DNA of 64,000 nucleotides from Candidatus Latescibacterota bacterium (GCA_965243025.1 CBDETY010000003.1:1216001-1280000); one strand, 5' to 3'; shown: positions 40,390 through 50,839, counted from the first letter of the stretch. The notes: generated by a model not told the origin, from the letters alone. Numbers and translations: made by a program.

Positions 40390-41547
40390 TCAGCTTCTCA
40401 CGCAGCGCCGGATCCAGTCGAGGTTGGGGCGGGGCATGACGCCGTAGTTGTAGAAGGAGAACTGTTCCCCCCCGCATTCCCCGGCGGCGGCGTAAACGGC
40501 TGCGAGCGTTTCCGCGTCGCCGGCGCACGGGTGGTAGGCCTGCAATCCGACCACCATCCTCCGGGGTTCGATCCTCGCCTGTTCCAGGGCGGCCGCGACC
40601 CTTTCCTCGACGACGGCAGGGCTGTCGGTGTAAACCAGGGCTCCGAGGAGGTCGCACCGGGAAGCGATCTTTTCCGGCCTGATTCCCGCCAGCCAGCGGT
40701 CCCCCATCAACAGGAAGGAGACCTCCGGGGCGCCGCTTTCCGCCTTGATCCGGCCGATCAGCGAGGTCACCAGGTCTTCCCGCATCTCCTGAAAGGCAGC
40801 GAGCTCCGGGTGCGATTCCACGAAAGAGGGAATGTCCCCTTCCAGCGGCCGCCCCGAGGCGAAAACCCGGTCCAGCTGCCCGATGACCCAGGACCTCAGC
40901 CCCTCGGCGTCGATGCCGCGCCGTTCCGCCCCGGCCATGCAACCGGCAGAGAAGCAGAGGCTGTAGAGGTAGTTTCCGACCGTTCCGAGGGGAACGCCGT
41001 TCTTTGTATGGTAATGGGAATGTCCATACCCGCCGTAGTTGCAGGTCTCCAGCTCGACGCGCCGGACTCCGTAGTTCGCCGCCAGATCGGTGCAGAGGGC
41101 GGTGACATAGGCGCGCACCTCATCCTCGCCCGGACACAGGATCCAGCCGAGGTTGTCGCCGTAAGCGGTCTGCTGGGCGTACCGGGGATAGGTCTGCGCC
41201 AGGCGGCTGGTGTGCAGGCACACCGTCCAGCTGATGAGGTCCAGGCCCTGTCCGGAACAGGCTTCGGCCAGCTCCTCCAGCGGGTTTGAGTCGCGGGCCA
41301 GCGGGGCGACGTGGGGCTGTATGGCGGTATCGCTGTAAAAGCGGCCGTCGGGGCGGAAGTAGACGGCGGCGGCGTCGCCCGTGAGCAGCTTCCGCCCCTG
41401 CCGGTGGGGGCGCACCTGCTGGAAGGTGTGGTATGCGGTGGCGACGCTGATCGCGTCGAGGCCGACCTCGTTGCGCAGATAGCGGACCGATTCGGGGATT
41501 CCGTCGTCGCAGAGATCCCACAGATATGCCCATATGGTGTTGTACAT
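40390..41547 (-). CDS. Hypothetical protein, glycoside-hydrolase-like TIM barrel
   Basis: 385 aa; WAYLWD, ATAYH, WTVCLH, LCP..EVR.Y, ELE, FYNYG. Confidence 0.7.
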   Translation of the reverse strand: MYNTIWAYLWDLCDDGIPESVRYLRNEVGLDAISVATAYHTFQQVRPHRQGRKLLTGDAAAVYFRPDGRFYSDTAIQPHVAPLARDSNPLEELAEACSGQGLDLISWTVCLHTSRLAQTYPRYAQQTAYGDNLGWILCPGEDEVRAYVTALCTDLAANYGVRRVELETCNYGGYGHSHYHTKNGVPLGTVGNYLYSLCFSAGCMAGAERRGIDAEGLRSWVIGQLDRVFASGRPLEGDIPSFVESHPELAAFQEMREDLVTSLIGRIKAESGAPEVSFLLMGDRWLAGIRPEKIASRCDLLGALVYTDSPAVVEERVAAALEQARIEPRRMVVGLQAYHPCAGDAETLAAVYAAAGECGGEQFSFYNYGVMPRPNLDWIRRCVRS

Positions 41548-41797
41548 GCGTTCGGTGCTCCGTCGGAAACGGTCGGAAAGACCCCGAATGGCTGGGAGAA
41601 AAACCAGAAATCTGCTGCTGCGACAGGCGAATATAAGCCCCTGGGCAAGATAGAAGGTTTTGGTTGCCTGCCAGTCTGGTGGTATGTATCATTAGCGTCA
41701 ACTTGTGACTGGGCAGGCCGAGGTTTTCGCCGCTTCCCCCATCATTTTACTGGCCAGCAGCCGACTGCCCGGCCACGAAAACCAAAGGAGCGAGAAC

Positions 41798-42745
41798 ATG
41801 ACAAGGAGAATGACAGCGGTCCTTGCGACTGCTAGCGCGCTGTTGTTCGCAGGCAGCCTCCTGGCTCAGGAAGTTCCCGAGCGTATAAGGGAGCTGCCGA
41901 AATTCAAGGTGCCGCCGATCATCGACGGCGATCGGTTCTCGGTTGCCGACGAGTGGACCGGAGCAGACGAGCACGAGTGCTCCCCGAGCCAGATTCTCAG
42001 GGAGGGCGCCGAATATGGTTGGCGCGACGTCGAGTTGCAGCGAGGCGAGATCAGCGCCAACCAGCTGAACCAGAGCGAAGGGGAAGACGCGGCCGAAGCC
42101 CTCACTGACGCCGACATCTTCGGGATTTTCTGGACCGGTTGGGACGACGAGGCGCTCTACTACATCGTGGAGGTGGCCGACAATATCCGCGATGTCGAGA
42201 ACAGCGTCGCCACGGCCTGGTGGGAGCGCGACAGCATTTCCCTGTATCTCGACCTGCTCAACGAGGATACTGGCGGGGACATCACCGGTGAATACGTCAA
42301 CCTCAATATCATCAACTTTACCGCCGCCCCGCAGAACTCGAGCGAGACCACGGTCACGTTGACGAGGACCGTTCAGGCTTCCCGGACCTTCGAGCAGGAG
42401 CAGGATATCATTGAAGGGCTCGAGTACGGTTTCATCGATCGAGGCGACGAGTACGGCGGGGAAGCCGACTATTCGCAAGAAGGGAAGATCCCGTGGGCGA
42501 CCATGATCCGCGGCGGAAACCTGCCGGCGGCTCCCGAGGTGGGATCCGAGATGGGCTACTCCTGGATCATCCTCGATCCGGACGGCGACGAAGCGTACGG
42601 CGGCCAGATCCTGTGTGAGGGCTGGGCGAGCGAGGCAGCCAACTACGCCACCCTGTTGTTCACCGACAATCACGTCGGTCCCCAGCCTGGGGAAACTGCT
42701 GTCGAGACGGACAGCTGGGCTCGCATAAAAGCGACTTTTCACTAG
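41798..42745 (+). CDS. Secreted acidic protein with CBM9/DOMON-like sugar-binding domain
   Basis: SD AAGGAG, signal peptide, PIIDGD...EW, WDDEALY..V.V.D, DSISLYLD, E.KIPW, D.DG; C-terminal TAVETDSWARIKATFH. Confidence 0.75.
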   Translation: MTRRMTAVLATASALLFAGSLLAQEVPERIRELPKFKVPPIIDGDRFSVADEWTGADEHECSPSQILREGAEYGWRDVELQRGEISANQLNQSEGEDAAEALTDADIFGIFWTGWDDEALYYIVEVADNIRDVENSVATAWWERDSISLYLDLLNEDTGGDITGEYVNLNIINFTAAPQNSSETTVTLTRTVQASRTFEQEQDIIEGLEYGFIDRGDEYGGEADYSQEGKIPWATMIRGGNLPAAPEVGSEMGYSWIILDPDGDEAYGGQILCEGWASEAANYATLLFTDNHVGPQPGETAVETDSWARIKATFH

Positions 42746-42804
42746 TTTCAAAAGCAACCGGAACCGGGGACGCGGCCATCGGTCGTCGTCCCCGCGAATC
42801 TTTT

Positions 42805-42843
42805 AGAAGGGGCACCCTCGCTGCTGGGTGCCCCTTCTTCTTT
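42805..42843 (+). terminator. Strong intercistronic hairpin (terminator or mRNA stabiliser)
   Basis: 13-bp perfect stem AGAAGGGGCACCC / GGGTGCCCCTTCT followed by TCTTT. Confidence 0.7.
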
Positions 42844-42869
42844 GGCAGGTGCCTGAGGCTATCGGGAAG

Positions 42870-44834
42870 ATGGCGCGAGAAACGAGCGAGTCCACTGGCG
42901 GCCTGACCTGGCGCTCCCTGCTTCTGGGGTGCGGCCTGGTCGTCCTGCTGTCGGTCGGTGGTTCCTACGCGATCTGGACCCTGGGGGCTTCGGAGATCAC
43001 ATGGTCCTTCTTTCCGTCCGGGGTCGGGTTTCCCTTTTTCTGCCTGATCCTTCTCAACATCCTGCTGAAGACGGTAAACCCGGGCTGGGGCATGCGGCCG
43101 GCCGAGTTGATAACCGTCCTGGTAATGGGACTGGTCATCATCGGCGTTCCGGTTTTCCTGGTAGGCTACCTGCTCGCCATTCCCACCACTCCATACTACT
43201 TCGCTTCGGCGGAGAACCAGTGGGGCAGCCTGCTCGTTCCCCACATGCCGGCGTGGCTGTTACCTGGCAACGAGGCCTTCGCCATGACCTGGTTCTTCGA
43301 AGGCTTGCCGTATGGGGAGAGCATGCCCTGGGTCACCCTCCTGAACGCCTGGGTAATGCCGCTGTTCTGGTGGATGAGCTTCATCGGCACCCTGTTCTTC
43401 GTCTGCTTTACGCTCGTCGTCATCATGCGCAAGCAGTGGGTGGAGCGCGAAAGACTGTCGTTTCCCCTGATGCAGGTGCCCCAGGCCCTCGTCGCCGAAG
43501 CCGACCGCAACTCGCGCGTCCCTGCGGTGATGCGCGACAAGCTGTTCTGGATCGGCGCCGCCATTCCGGTGTCGCTGATCTCGTGGAACATCGTCGGGTA
43601 TTTCTTTCACTTCGTACCCAAGATCGAATGGTTCTACCCGGTTCAGGTAGCTTACGGGTTTCCCGCCCTGCACATATATCTCTACCTGCCGGTAATCGGC
43701 TTCATTTACTTCGTCAATCTCAACGTTTCATTCAGTATCTGGCTGTTTTATCTCCTGATTTTCATCGAGGAAGGGATCTTCAACCGCTTCGGGTTGGGAG
43801 TGGTCGAGACCGATGCCTTCGTCTGGAGTTTCCCGTCGACATCCTGGCAGTCCTGGGGGGCCTTCGTGGTCATGGTGCTATGGGGGTTGTGGATGGGGCG
43901 GGGACACATCTCCGGGGTCTGCAGAAAAGCCTGGAATCCCCGTGGAGGCCTCGATGACTCCGGGGAGCTGCTGACTTACCGGACCTCGGTGATCGGACTC
44001 GTCCTGGGGTTTGCCTATATGCTGGCCTGGCTGCACGAGGCCGGCATGCCCCTCCTCGTAGCCGCCTTCTTTCTTGCCGGGGTGCTGATCGCTTATCTCG
44101 GAATCACGCGGCTGGTGATTCAGGCCGGCATCTATTACATAACCACCCCGATCGTTTCCCAGGCGATGACCGTAACGACCTTCGGCACCGGTGTCATTAC
44201 CGCACCGGGGCTCGCAACCCTCGGCCTGACTTATTCCTTCTTCGGCGATGTACAGTCGATTTTCATGGTCGGAGCCGCACATGCGGCCAAACTTCAGGAC
44301 TCCATGCGGATCAGCCGTCGCGGCCTCTGTCTGGCGATTGCCCTCGCCGTTGTCATCGGCCTGACCGTATCTACCGTCAACATCATTCACATGGCGTACG
44401 ATCAGGGAGCGTCCAACTTCAATTCCTGGATATACCGGGTATCGTCCGGAGCCGGGGTCCACTCGTTCGATTACATCGCCGCAAAGATCAAAACCCCTGT
44501 GGAGACGGACGCGAAAAAGCTGACCTACTTCGGTGCAGGAGCGGCGGCAATGTCGATTCTCACCTTTTTTCAGTACCGCTTCCCGTGGTGGCCCCTGCAC
44601 CCCATCGGTTTGACCGTGGCTTCGATCTGGATGATCCGCAGGCAGGTTTTCTCCGTCTTCATCGGCTGGGCGGCCAAGAGTCTGATCATGCGCTTCGGAG
44701 GCATCGAGCTCTATCGCAAGGCATCCCCCTTCTTTATCGGGCTGATCCTGGGCCAGTTCCTCGGGGTGGGCATTTCATTCATCACGGACATGATTTTTTT
44801 CCCGGGCAACGGGCATCGGGTTCTGCACGGTTAA
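42870..44834 (+). CDS. DUF6785/DUF6784-type polytopic membrane protein (putative transporter)
   Basis: GLTWRS..LG, YYFASAENQW, RKQWVERERLSFPL, WWPLHPIG, RFGG..LYRKA.PFFIGLILG. Confidence 0.82.
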   Translation: MARETSESTGGLTWRSLLLGCGLVVLLSVGGSYAIWTLGASEITWSFFPSGVGFPFFCLILLNILLKTVNPGWGMRPAELITVLVMGLVIIGVPVFLVGYLLAIPTTPYYFASAENQWGSLLVPHMPAWLLPGNEAFAMTWFFEGLPYGESMPWVTLLNAWVMPLFWWMSFIGTLFFVCFTLVVIMRKQWVERERLSFPLMQVPQALVAEADRNSRVPAVMRDKLFWIGAAIPVSLISWNIVGYFFHFVPKIEWFYPVQVAYGFPALHIYLYLPVIGFIYFVNLNVSFSIWLFYLLIFIEEGIFNRFGLGVVETDAFVWSFPSTSWQSWGAFVVMVLWGLWMGRGHISGVCRKAWNPRGGLDDSGELLTYRTSVIGLVLGFAYMLAWLHEAGMPLLVAAFFLAGVLIAYLGITRLVIQAGIYYITTPIVSQAMTVTTFGTGVITAPGLATLGLTYSFFGDVQSIFMVGAAHAAKLQDSMRISRRGLCLAIALAVVIGLTVSTVNIIHMAYDQGASNFNSWIYRVSSGAGVHSFDYIAAKIKTPVETDAKKLTYFGAGAAAMSILTFFQYRFPWWPLHPIGLTVASIWMIRRQVFSVFIGWAAKSLIMRFGGIELYRKASPFFIGLILGQFLGVGISFITDMIFFPGNGHRVLHG

Positions 44835-44960
44835 GGCGAGGGCCAGGCTGGCCTCGCGGCGGAAGCGAACGTCCTGCCGGCCGGGTGTGGCTGTTCGGGG
44901 AGAACGCGGTCTGTCCGCACAGCCGCTCTCGGCAAAGGCAACCCGGCCGCAGCGGCGTCT

Positions 44961-46367
44961 TTACCAGCCGGTTCGGGGGGCGGGGATGTCGCCGTACTCC
45001 CGGTGCCGGGCAATGTCTCGCGGCATGGTTTTGACGTAGTTCCCGCGGATGGCGTAGAGTCGGGCGCTGTCGAGCTCGATCTCCAGGCGCAGGAAGCGGT
45101 CGCTCAGGGCGTCCATTTTCCCGCCATCGTTCCAGACCGGGATCCAGGCGGTGTCGTCGCCGGAGAAGGGGTGGCAGTCCTCGAAGCCGTATCCCTCCAG
45201 GGGTGTTCCCATCTCGTCGGTGACCTGGGCGCGCACCCGGCCTCCCTGGCTGGCGACGTTGAGCTCGACTTCGCCGCCGTTCCAGTAGACCGGACGGATT
45301 CCGACCAGCCCCGGACCGCCGCCGCTCTCCAGGAAACAGAACCCGTCGCGCCGCAGCCGGTACACCACAATCGAGCCGGAGCCGGCAGGGGGGACGCCGT
45401 GCTCGTGGGTGCAGGCCGAGGCGTAGATCAGCAGGGACCCGTCCCCCATGGCGGCGATCGAGCCGGGGTACACGCAGCCAGAATCCGGCTCGCCGGGAGG
45501 GCCGTTGGGGATGAAGGGATCGCGCAGGCCGCGGTGCCAGTGCCAGCCGTTCAGGCTGTAGGCGAGCTGGCAGTCGACGTGGCCTCCCTGGAAGCGGCGG
45601 ATGTTCGGGTCCCAGGGGACCGTGTGGAAGAGCCACAGGAAAGCCAGGTAGTAACCTTCGTAGGGAAACACCGGCATGCCGTACGGCTCCGTCAGGGGGG
45701 CGTCGAGAGCGTCGGGCTGGATGACGAGCTCCGGCGCGGTGTAGTTCCGCCAGTCGGTGGTTTCCACCGCGGCGATGCGCCGATCCAGTACCTCGGGGCG
45801 GGTGAGAACGACATAGCTCCCGCGCACTTCGTTCCAGAAAGCGAAGACCCCGGGGTCCGCCCCCTTTTCGAGCCAGGCTCCCCCTTCCCTGGGAGTCCAG
45901 CGGATGCCGTCCGGCGACGCGAGAAGCACGGCGCGTCCACCGCCGGCGATGCCATGGGGAAAGGAGATCTTGAACGCCTTGAGGCGTTCCTCCGGGCCCG
46001 CGCGTTCATCGACGAAACAGGAAGCCCACTCCGTATGCTCCTCGAGGGTGGCGATCTGGTGCGGAAAACGCCGGTCGGCAAGGTCGATCTCGTCGGTGGT
46101 GTCCTTCAGCTTCCACTCGATCCCGTCCCTGCTTTCCGCCAGGACCTGTGCATGGGGGATCCCGCGACCCTGCCCTGCGTGGATCTGGTAGGCCATCCGC
46201 CAGGTGCGGCTCTCTTCATGGCGGAAAACCGAAGGGTAGCCGAAAGCGGGATTCCCGCAGGGGTCGCGATGGACCGCCTCTGCGATGCGCTCCGGGCGGC
46301 CTGGCTTGCGCACGACGTTGTCAAGCCGGTTGAGTCTCTGGTCGTCGAACAAGAGTGTCGTGGTCAT
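44961..46367 (-). CDS. GH32/GH43-like beta-propeller protein
   Basis: LLFDD, AES.DGI.W, SPDGIRW, E.YGM, QLAYS.NG.HW, LRRDGF, LELN. Confidence 0.75.
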   Translation of the reverse strand: MTTTLLFDDQRLNRLDNVVRKPGRPERIAEAVHRDPCGNPAFGYPSVFRHEESRTWRMAYQIHAGQGRGIPHAQVLAESRDGIEWKLKDTTDEIDLADRRFPHQIATLEEHTEWASCFVDERAGPEERLKAFKISFPHGIAGGGRAVLLASPDGIRWTPREGGAWLEKGADPGVFAFWNEVRGSYVVLTRPEVLDRRIAAVETTDWRNYTAPELVIQPDALDAPLTEPYGMPVFPYEGYYLAFLWLFHTVPWDPNIRRFQGGHVDCQLAYSLNGWHWHRGLRDPFIPNGPPGEPDSGCVYPGSIAAMGDGSLLIYASACTHEHGVPPAGSGSIVVYRLRRDGFCFLESGGGPGLVGIRPVYWNGGEVELNVASQGGRVRAQVTDEMGTPLEGYGFEDCHPFSGDDTAWIPVWNDGGKMDALSDRFLRLEIELDSARLYAIRGNYVKTMPRDIARHREYGDIPAPRTGW

Positions 46368-46606
46368 GGAGGCAGAATTCCGTCAAGTCGTTGGTTCATT
46401 GGAGCGGGAGCATGCTCTGGTCGATATTCGATTTTGCCATTTCGCGACTCACCGGTAAGCCGCCTGCGAGCCTTCCGGAAAGGGCTTTCCGGCGGCAGAC
46501 TGAAATCCCCACGGTCAAATCTCCCGCTGGCGGGAACCGAGGGCCCCGGGCCCGGTTTCGTTTACAATCCGATTTTGTGGGGACACGCCTTCCCGAAGAG
46601 GCAAGA

Positions 46607-47548
46607 ATGATCGATTCAATCGACGTCGACCGCCATTTGCACGAACTGAAGGATTCGGGATACACCGTTGTCGAAGGCCTGCTCGAGGAAGCGGAACTGG
46701 CCGAGTTGAAAGCGGAGACCGACCGCGAGATCGAACAGGCGCTGAACGATCCCTGGGACCCGGGCGATTCGGCTCCGTCCCACCCGGACGACGTGGAGAT
46801 CGAAGCGTTCTTCCGCAGCTCCTACCCGACCTGCCCCGAGGAGGAGTACGGACGCATCATGCGTCTGGTTCGGCATACCCGCCACGAGAATTACGATACG
46901 CCGTTCCCCCTTCCGGTCGCAAAGGTGCTGAAGAACTTCCTGCATCGGCCCGCAATCGAGGACGGCGGCCGCACGGTGTACCTCCATGAGCTGGCGACCC
47001 GTGCCCCGGTCTTCGCCAGGCTGGCCGAAGCCCCGGTGCTGCTTGAGCTGGCCCGGGGTGTTCTGAACGAGGATTGCGTCCTCGCCGACGTCGGCGGCAA
47101 CAGCATAGGCCCCCACACCGATGGCGGCGCCTGGCACGTCGACGTGCCGCTGGGCCAGCTGCCCGAGCCGTTGCCTGAATTCGCGCTGACGACTCAGAAC
47201 GTCTGGATGGTCGACGACTTCACCCCCGGGAACGGGGCCACGAGGGTGGTGCCGGGCAGCCACAGGAGCCGCAGGAAGCCTCCATGGGTGCGCCAGCCCC
47301 TCGACGGCGAGGTTGCGGTGACCGGACCCGCCGGATCGATGGCGATCTGGCTGTCGAGCACCTGGCATCGGCCCGGCCCCAACAGGACCGACCGCGCCCG
47401 TCGCGCCGTGCTCTGCTACTTCTCCCGCTCCTGGATAAAGGGGTGGTCGGACTTCCGGCCGACGGTCAACGCGGAGAAGGCGGAGGAGCTGTCTCCGACT
47501 TTAAGGTACCTGCTCGGCTTTTCGTCGAATCCGATCGTCAGGGGCTGA
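46607..47548 (+). CDS. Phytanoyl-CoA dioxygenase (PhyH) family protein
   Basis: GY.VVEGLL, WHVD (HxD), NGATRVVPGSH, G.AGS...W...TWH...N.T.R.R. Confidence 0.9.
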   Translation: MIDSIDVDRHLHELKDSGYTVVEGLLEEAELAELKAETDREIEQALNDPWDPGDSAPSHPDDVEIEAFFRSSYPTCPEEEYGRIMRLVRHTRHENYDTPFPLPVAKVLKNFLHRPAIEDGGRTVYLHELATRAPVFARLAEAPVLLELARGVLNEDCVLADVGGNSIGPHTDGGAWHVDVPLGQLPEPLPEFALTTQNVWMVDDFTPGNGATRVVPGSHRSRRKPPWVRQPLDGEVAVTGPAGSMAIWLSSTWHRPGPNRTDRARRAVLCYFSRSWIKGWSDFRPTVNAEKAEELSPTLRYLLGFSSNPIVRG

Positions 47549-47578
47549 TCCGGCCTGCCCCGGGTACACCGCGGGATT

Positions 47579-49783
47579 TCAGAAATACAGCTTGTGCAGC
47601 ACCCGCAGGTTGCGGCCCGGCTCGGGCAGGATCTCCTTGACCCGGTTGAGGTGGCGGCGATAGACCGCGTTCGTGGCGTTTTCCAGGGTCGCCGAAAAGG
47701 CGTGCAGGCGCCCGCCCCAATTGGCGAGGTACTGCCCGGACAGGTCGAGCACGGCGTAGCCGTCGGTCGGTTTCTCGAACTCGCCGGGACGGTCCTGGTC
47801 CGCGGCGAGGCGAAGCCCGACGGTGCCGCTCAGGGACTCCCGTTCCGCGGTCAGACTGAAGCGCCCCTGCAGCGGAGGCAGGCGGGGAAGCGGCTCGTCG
47901 CCGCGGTCGCTCAACACCCCGCGCACATGGCTGGCGGTGACCGTGGTCTTCAAGCTCCGCCACAGGTCCCAGTCGAGGGCGACCTCGGCGCCGCGCATGT
48001 TGACGCGTTCGCCGACCGTCCGGTAGAGAAACAGGTCGGCGCGCCGCGGGCTGAGCACGCCGGTGTTCCTCGGGAAGATGAAGCCGTCGATGTCGTTGCG
48101 GTAAACGGCGAGACGGAGATGCCCCCGGGTGTGGTGGTAGTCGGCGAAAAGCTCGATCCCCCGTCCGCGCTCGCTGTCGAGGGCCCCGTTTCCGACTTCG
48201 TAGGAGTAGGCGGCCAGGTGCGGCCCCTCCGAGAACAGCTCCTCGATTCCGGGGGCCCGGAAGGTGCGCATCAGGGTGGTGCCGAGGGTCAGAGCTTCCA
48301 CGGGGCGAAACTGAGCGGACAGGCCCCCTGAGAATCCGGCGAAGTCCCGCCGCTGTATGCGCCCGACCTGGTTGGAATGACGCTCCTCCCGCGGCTGGAC
48401 GCGGCGCACGTCGAAGCGGACCGCCCCTTTCGCTGCCCAGTCCCCGCGGATCAACTCCTGGTAGGTGAAGCAGGCGCCGGCGTACTCGGTTGCCGGAGGT
48501 GTGAAGTTGAGGCCCGCGGCAGCGTAGTTCCGGTATTCGTACCAGACCCCGGCGGCCCCCTTCTCGAAAGGACCCACCGGGTTCAGGCGGGCGAGGCTCG
48601 CGAGGTGGTGGGTCAGGAGGCCGAACTCCATGCCCAGCGATCCGCCGGCCTCGAACTCCCCGTGATGGTAGCGGGAGAAGGTGTGGTGCAGCTCGAGTTG
48701 TCTGATCCGGTCGGAAAGGGTGAGGAATTCGGCGCGCGTTTCCAGGTGCTGGCGCTCCAGCAGGATCGACACCCCGGACGGGTGTGAGCCGACCGGGTCG
48801 GGAGGGATGCCGTACTCGGAATCGTAGAGGCTGCCGGATACCCCGAGGTGGCCCCACGGCCGCACCAGGCTGATCCCCAGCGATCCGTTGCCGGTGCGGA
48901 TATCGGTGTTGACCAGGGGGCCGCGCGGGGTCGAGACATCCCCGGCATTGCGCAGGCTGCTGTCGAAGCGCATGGCCAGCGGCCCCAGCGGCTGTTCGAA
49001 CGCCAGCCCCGCCGACAGGCCGCCGGTGACGCTTTCCGCTTGCCAGGTGAAGGAACCGTTGCGCCCCTGCGGCTGCTCGGAAGGGACGTATCCGCGGACG
49101 ACGTTGACGACTCCCCCCAACGCGTTGGAACCGTACAGCAGGGTCCCCGGTCCCCGCACCACCTCGATCCGTTCGGTGGTCATCGGTTCGATCGCCACCG
49201 CGTGGTCCGACGACGACGCCGACAGGTCGCCGGTGCGCTCCCCGTCCTCGAGCACGAGCAGGCGGTCGCCGCTCAGTCCGCGCAGCACGGGACGGGCCGG
49301 CGCCGGTCCCATGGTGCGCTGCGTCACCCCGGGCTCGTAGTCCATGGTCTCGGCGATGGTGCGGCTCAGGTTCTGGCGGAGCTTGCTGCCGCTGAAAACG
49401 ACTTCCGGCTTCTGCAGCGGGGAAAGCGGCCGTTCGTGATCGTCCTCGACCACGGTCTCGTCCATGTGCAGGGGTTCATGGCCGATCCAGAGATCGACGT
49501 GGGTGGTGTCCCCCGGCTCGATCCGCACCTCGAAACGGGCGTCGCGGTATCCGAGGTGCAGCGTCTGCAGGATGTACACCCCCGGGGTCAGGGCGGGAAA
49601 GAGGAAATACCCTCCGGTGTCGCTGACGCGGCCGCGGTTGATCCCCTCGATGACCACGGTGGCCCAGGGCACCGGCTCCCCCGTGTCGGAGTCTACGACG
49701 TGGCCTGCGAGCGCCCCTGTTTCAGCGGCGTACAGGGGCGCGGCCGCCAGGAATGCGGCAAGGGCTGCCGCGCCGAAGATCAA
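47579..49783 (-). CDS. TonB-dependent receptor (ZnuD-like, probable metal uptake)
   Basis: N-terminal carboxypeptidase-regulatory-like domain, RPVLRGL.GDR, S.S.DHAV, RGP.TLLYGSNA.GGVVN, ELFSEGPHLA, PGRN, terminal Phe. Confidence 0.9.
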   Translation of the reverse strand: MIFGAAALAAFLAAAPLYAAETGALAGHVVDSDTGEPVPWATVVIEGINRGRVSDTGGYFLFPALTPGVYILQTLHLGYRDARFEVRIEPGDTTHVDLWIGHEPLHMDETVVEDDHERPLSPLQKPEVVFSGSKLRQNLSRTIAETMDYEPGVTQRTMGPAPARPVLRGLSGDRLLVLEDGERTGDLSASSSDHAVAIEPMTTERIEVVRGPGTLLYGSNALGGVVNVVRGYVPSEQPQGRNGSFTWQAESVTGGLSAGLAFEQPLGPLAMRFDSSLRNAGDVSTPRGPLVNTDIRTGNGSLGISLVRPWGHLGVSGSLYDSEYGIPPDPVGSHPSGVSILLERQHLETRAEFLTLSDRIRQLELHHTFSRYHHGEFEAGGSLGMEFGLLTHHLASLARLNPVGPFEKGAAGVWYEYRNYAAAGLNFTPPATEYAGACFTYQELIRGDWAAKGAVRFDVRRVQPREERHSNQVGRIQRRDFAGFSGGLSAQFRPVEALTLGTTLMRTFRAPGIEELFSEGPHLAAYSYEVGNGALDSERGRGIELFADYHHTRGHLRLAVYRNDIDGFIFPRNTGVLSPRRADLFLYRTVGERVNMRGAEVALDWDLWRSLKTTVTASHVRGVLSDRGDEPLPRLPPLQGRFSLTAERESLSGTVGLRLAADQDRPGEFEKPTDGYAVLDLSGQYLANWGGRLHAFSATLENATNAVYRRHLNRVKEILPEPGRNLRVLHKLYF

Positions 49784-49789
49784 CCCCTT

Positions 49790-50305
49790 CTAGCCTTCCT
49801 CGTCGTGATCCTCGTCGGCGTGGGAGTCCTCGGAGCCCGGGCCCCCTTCTTCGACGTGGATCTCGATATCCTTCGAGACGAAATCGGCGTGGTCGTTGTG
49901 GTTCAGCTTGATCACCAGGGTGGTCTGGCCTTCTTCCAGGCCGGCGATGTGGAAGGCCCAGGGGCCGTCCTCCTCGTGGTGCTCGACTTCGGCGATGCTC
50001 TCGTCGCCGATTTCCCAGTCGAGACCATACCCGTCGTCGGCGTCCGGGGTGAACTCGTCGCCGTCCTCGGCGAGGAAGCGCACCGACAGCAGGGCTGTTT
50101 CCAGGCCGTGCCCGACTTCGATTTCGCCTTCCACCTCGCCGCTTTCCTGGCGGACGAGCTCCTCGCCGCTGCCGAAGATGACCAGGCCGAACGCCTCGGC
50201 GTGCTCTTCCCCCTCATGGGGGTCTACGGGATTGTCGTCGTCGCCGCAGCCGGCAAACAACAGTACGGCGAGAAGGGATGAAATGGTTGAGCTGATCCTG
50301 AGCAT
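49790..50305 (-). CDS. His/acidic-rich lipoprotein (putative metal-binding)
   Basis: Lipobox FAGC, HEGEEHAEA, H..HADF; directly upstream of the TBDR. Confidence 0.8.
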   Translation of the reverse strand: MLRISSTISSLLAVLLFAGCGDDDNPVDPHEGEEHAEAFGLVIFGSGEELVRQESGEVEGEIEVGHGLETALLSVRFLAEDGDEFTPDADDGYGLDWEIGDESIAEVEHHEEDGPWAFHIAGLEEGQTTLVIKLNHNDHADFVSKDIEIHVEEGGPGSEDSHADEDHDEEG

Positions 50306-50527
50306 GGTACGGTTCTCCGGGTAATGTCTCTGTGACCAGATGGCCCCAGGGAGGGATGTGATGTATATGTGAACCGGACGGGAAGGCTGAGGAGCGATGA
50401 GTCCTTCAGCCTGCTCCGAACGGGGCCGGGAGAACGCATCCGCACGCCGCCGATCCGGGTGGCGCCGAAGCGCCGGGCCTCGACGCCGGGAAGGCGGGAA
50501 TGGACTGCGTGCAGCGGGTGCGGATGC

Positions 50528-50839
50528 TCAGGTGCGGGGTGGGGCGCGGTTTGCGAAGGAGTAGCCGCGGAAGAAAAGCGGCAGAGGGACGGACAAGAGC
50601 CTCCCCCCGCAGATGCGGGTGCCGGCGCTCAAAAAAAGGAGCGGAAGGATGACGACCACGAGCAGCACGAGGCTGCTCTCGATCATGCGGACCGGGCAGT
50701 TCTCCGGCTCGGCTCCCACCTCGTGAAACAGCTGGTGACCGAAGGGAAGCGCCAGGAAGAGTCCGATCAGCAGGGCCCCGAAGCAGAGCACTGCCAGGTT
50801 GGCGGGCCATCGGCGGTCTCTGTTGAATCCGGTCGGCAT
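50528..50839 (-). CDS. DUF2946-like leader protein ending in RAPP
   Basis: Hydrophobic N-terminal segment, H..FH......CP, second hydrophobic stretch, C-terminal NRAPPRT; start uncertain. Confidence 0.65.
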   Translation of the reverse strand: MPTGFNRDRRWPANLAVLCFGALLIGLFLALPFGHQLFHEVGAEPENCPVRMIESSLVLLVVVILPLLFLSAGTRICGGRLLSVPLPLFFRGYSFANRAPPRT

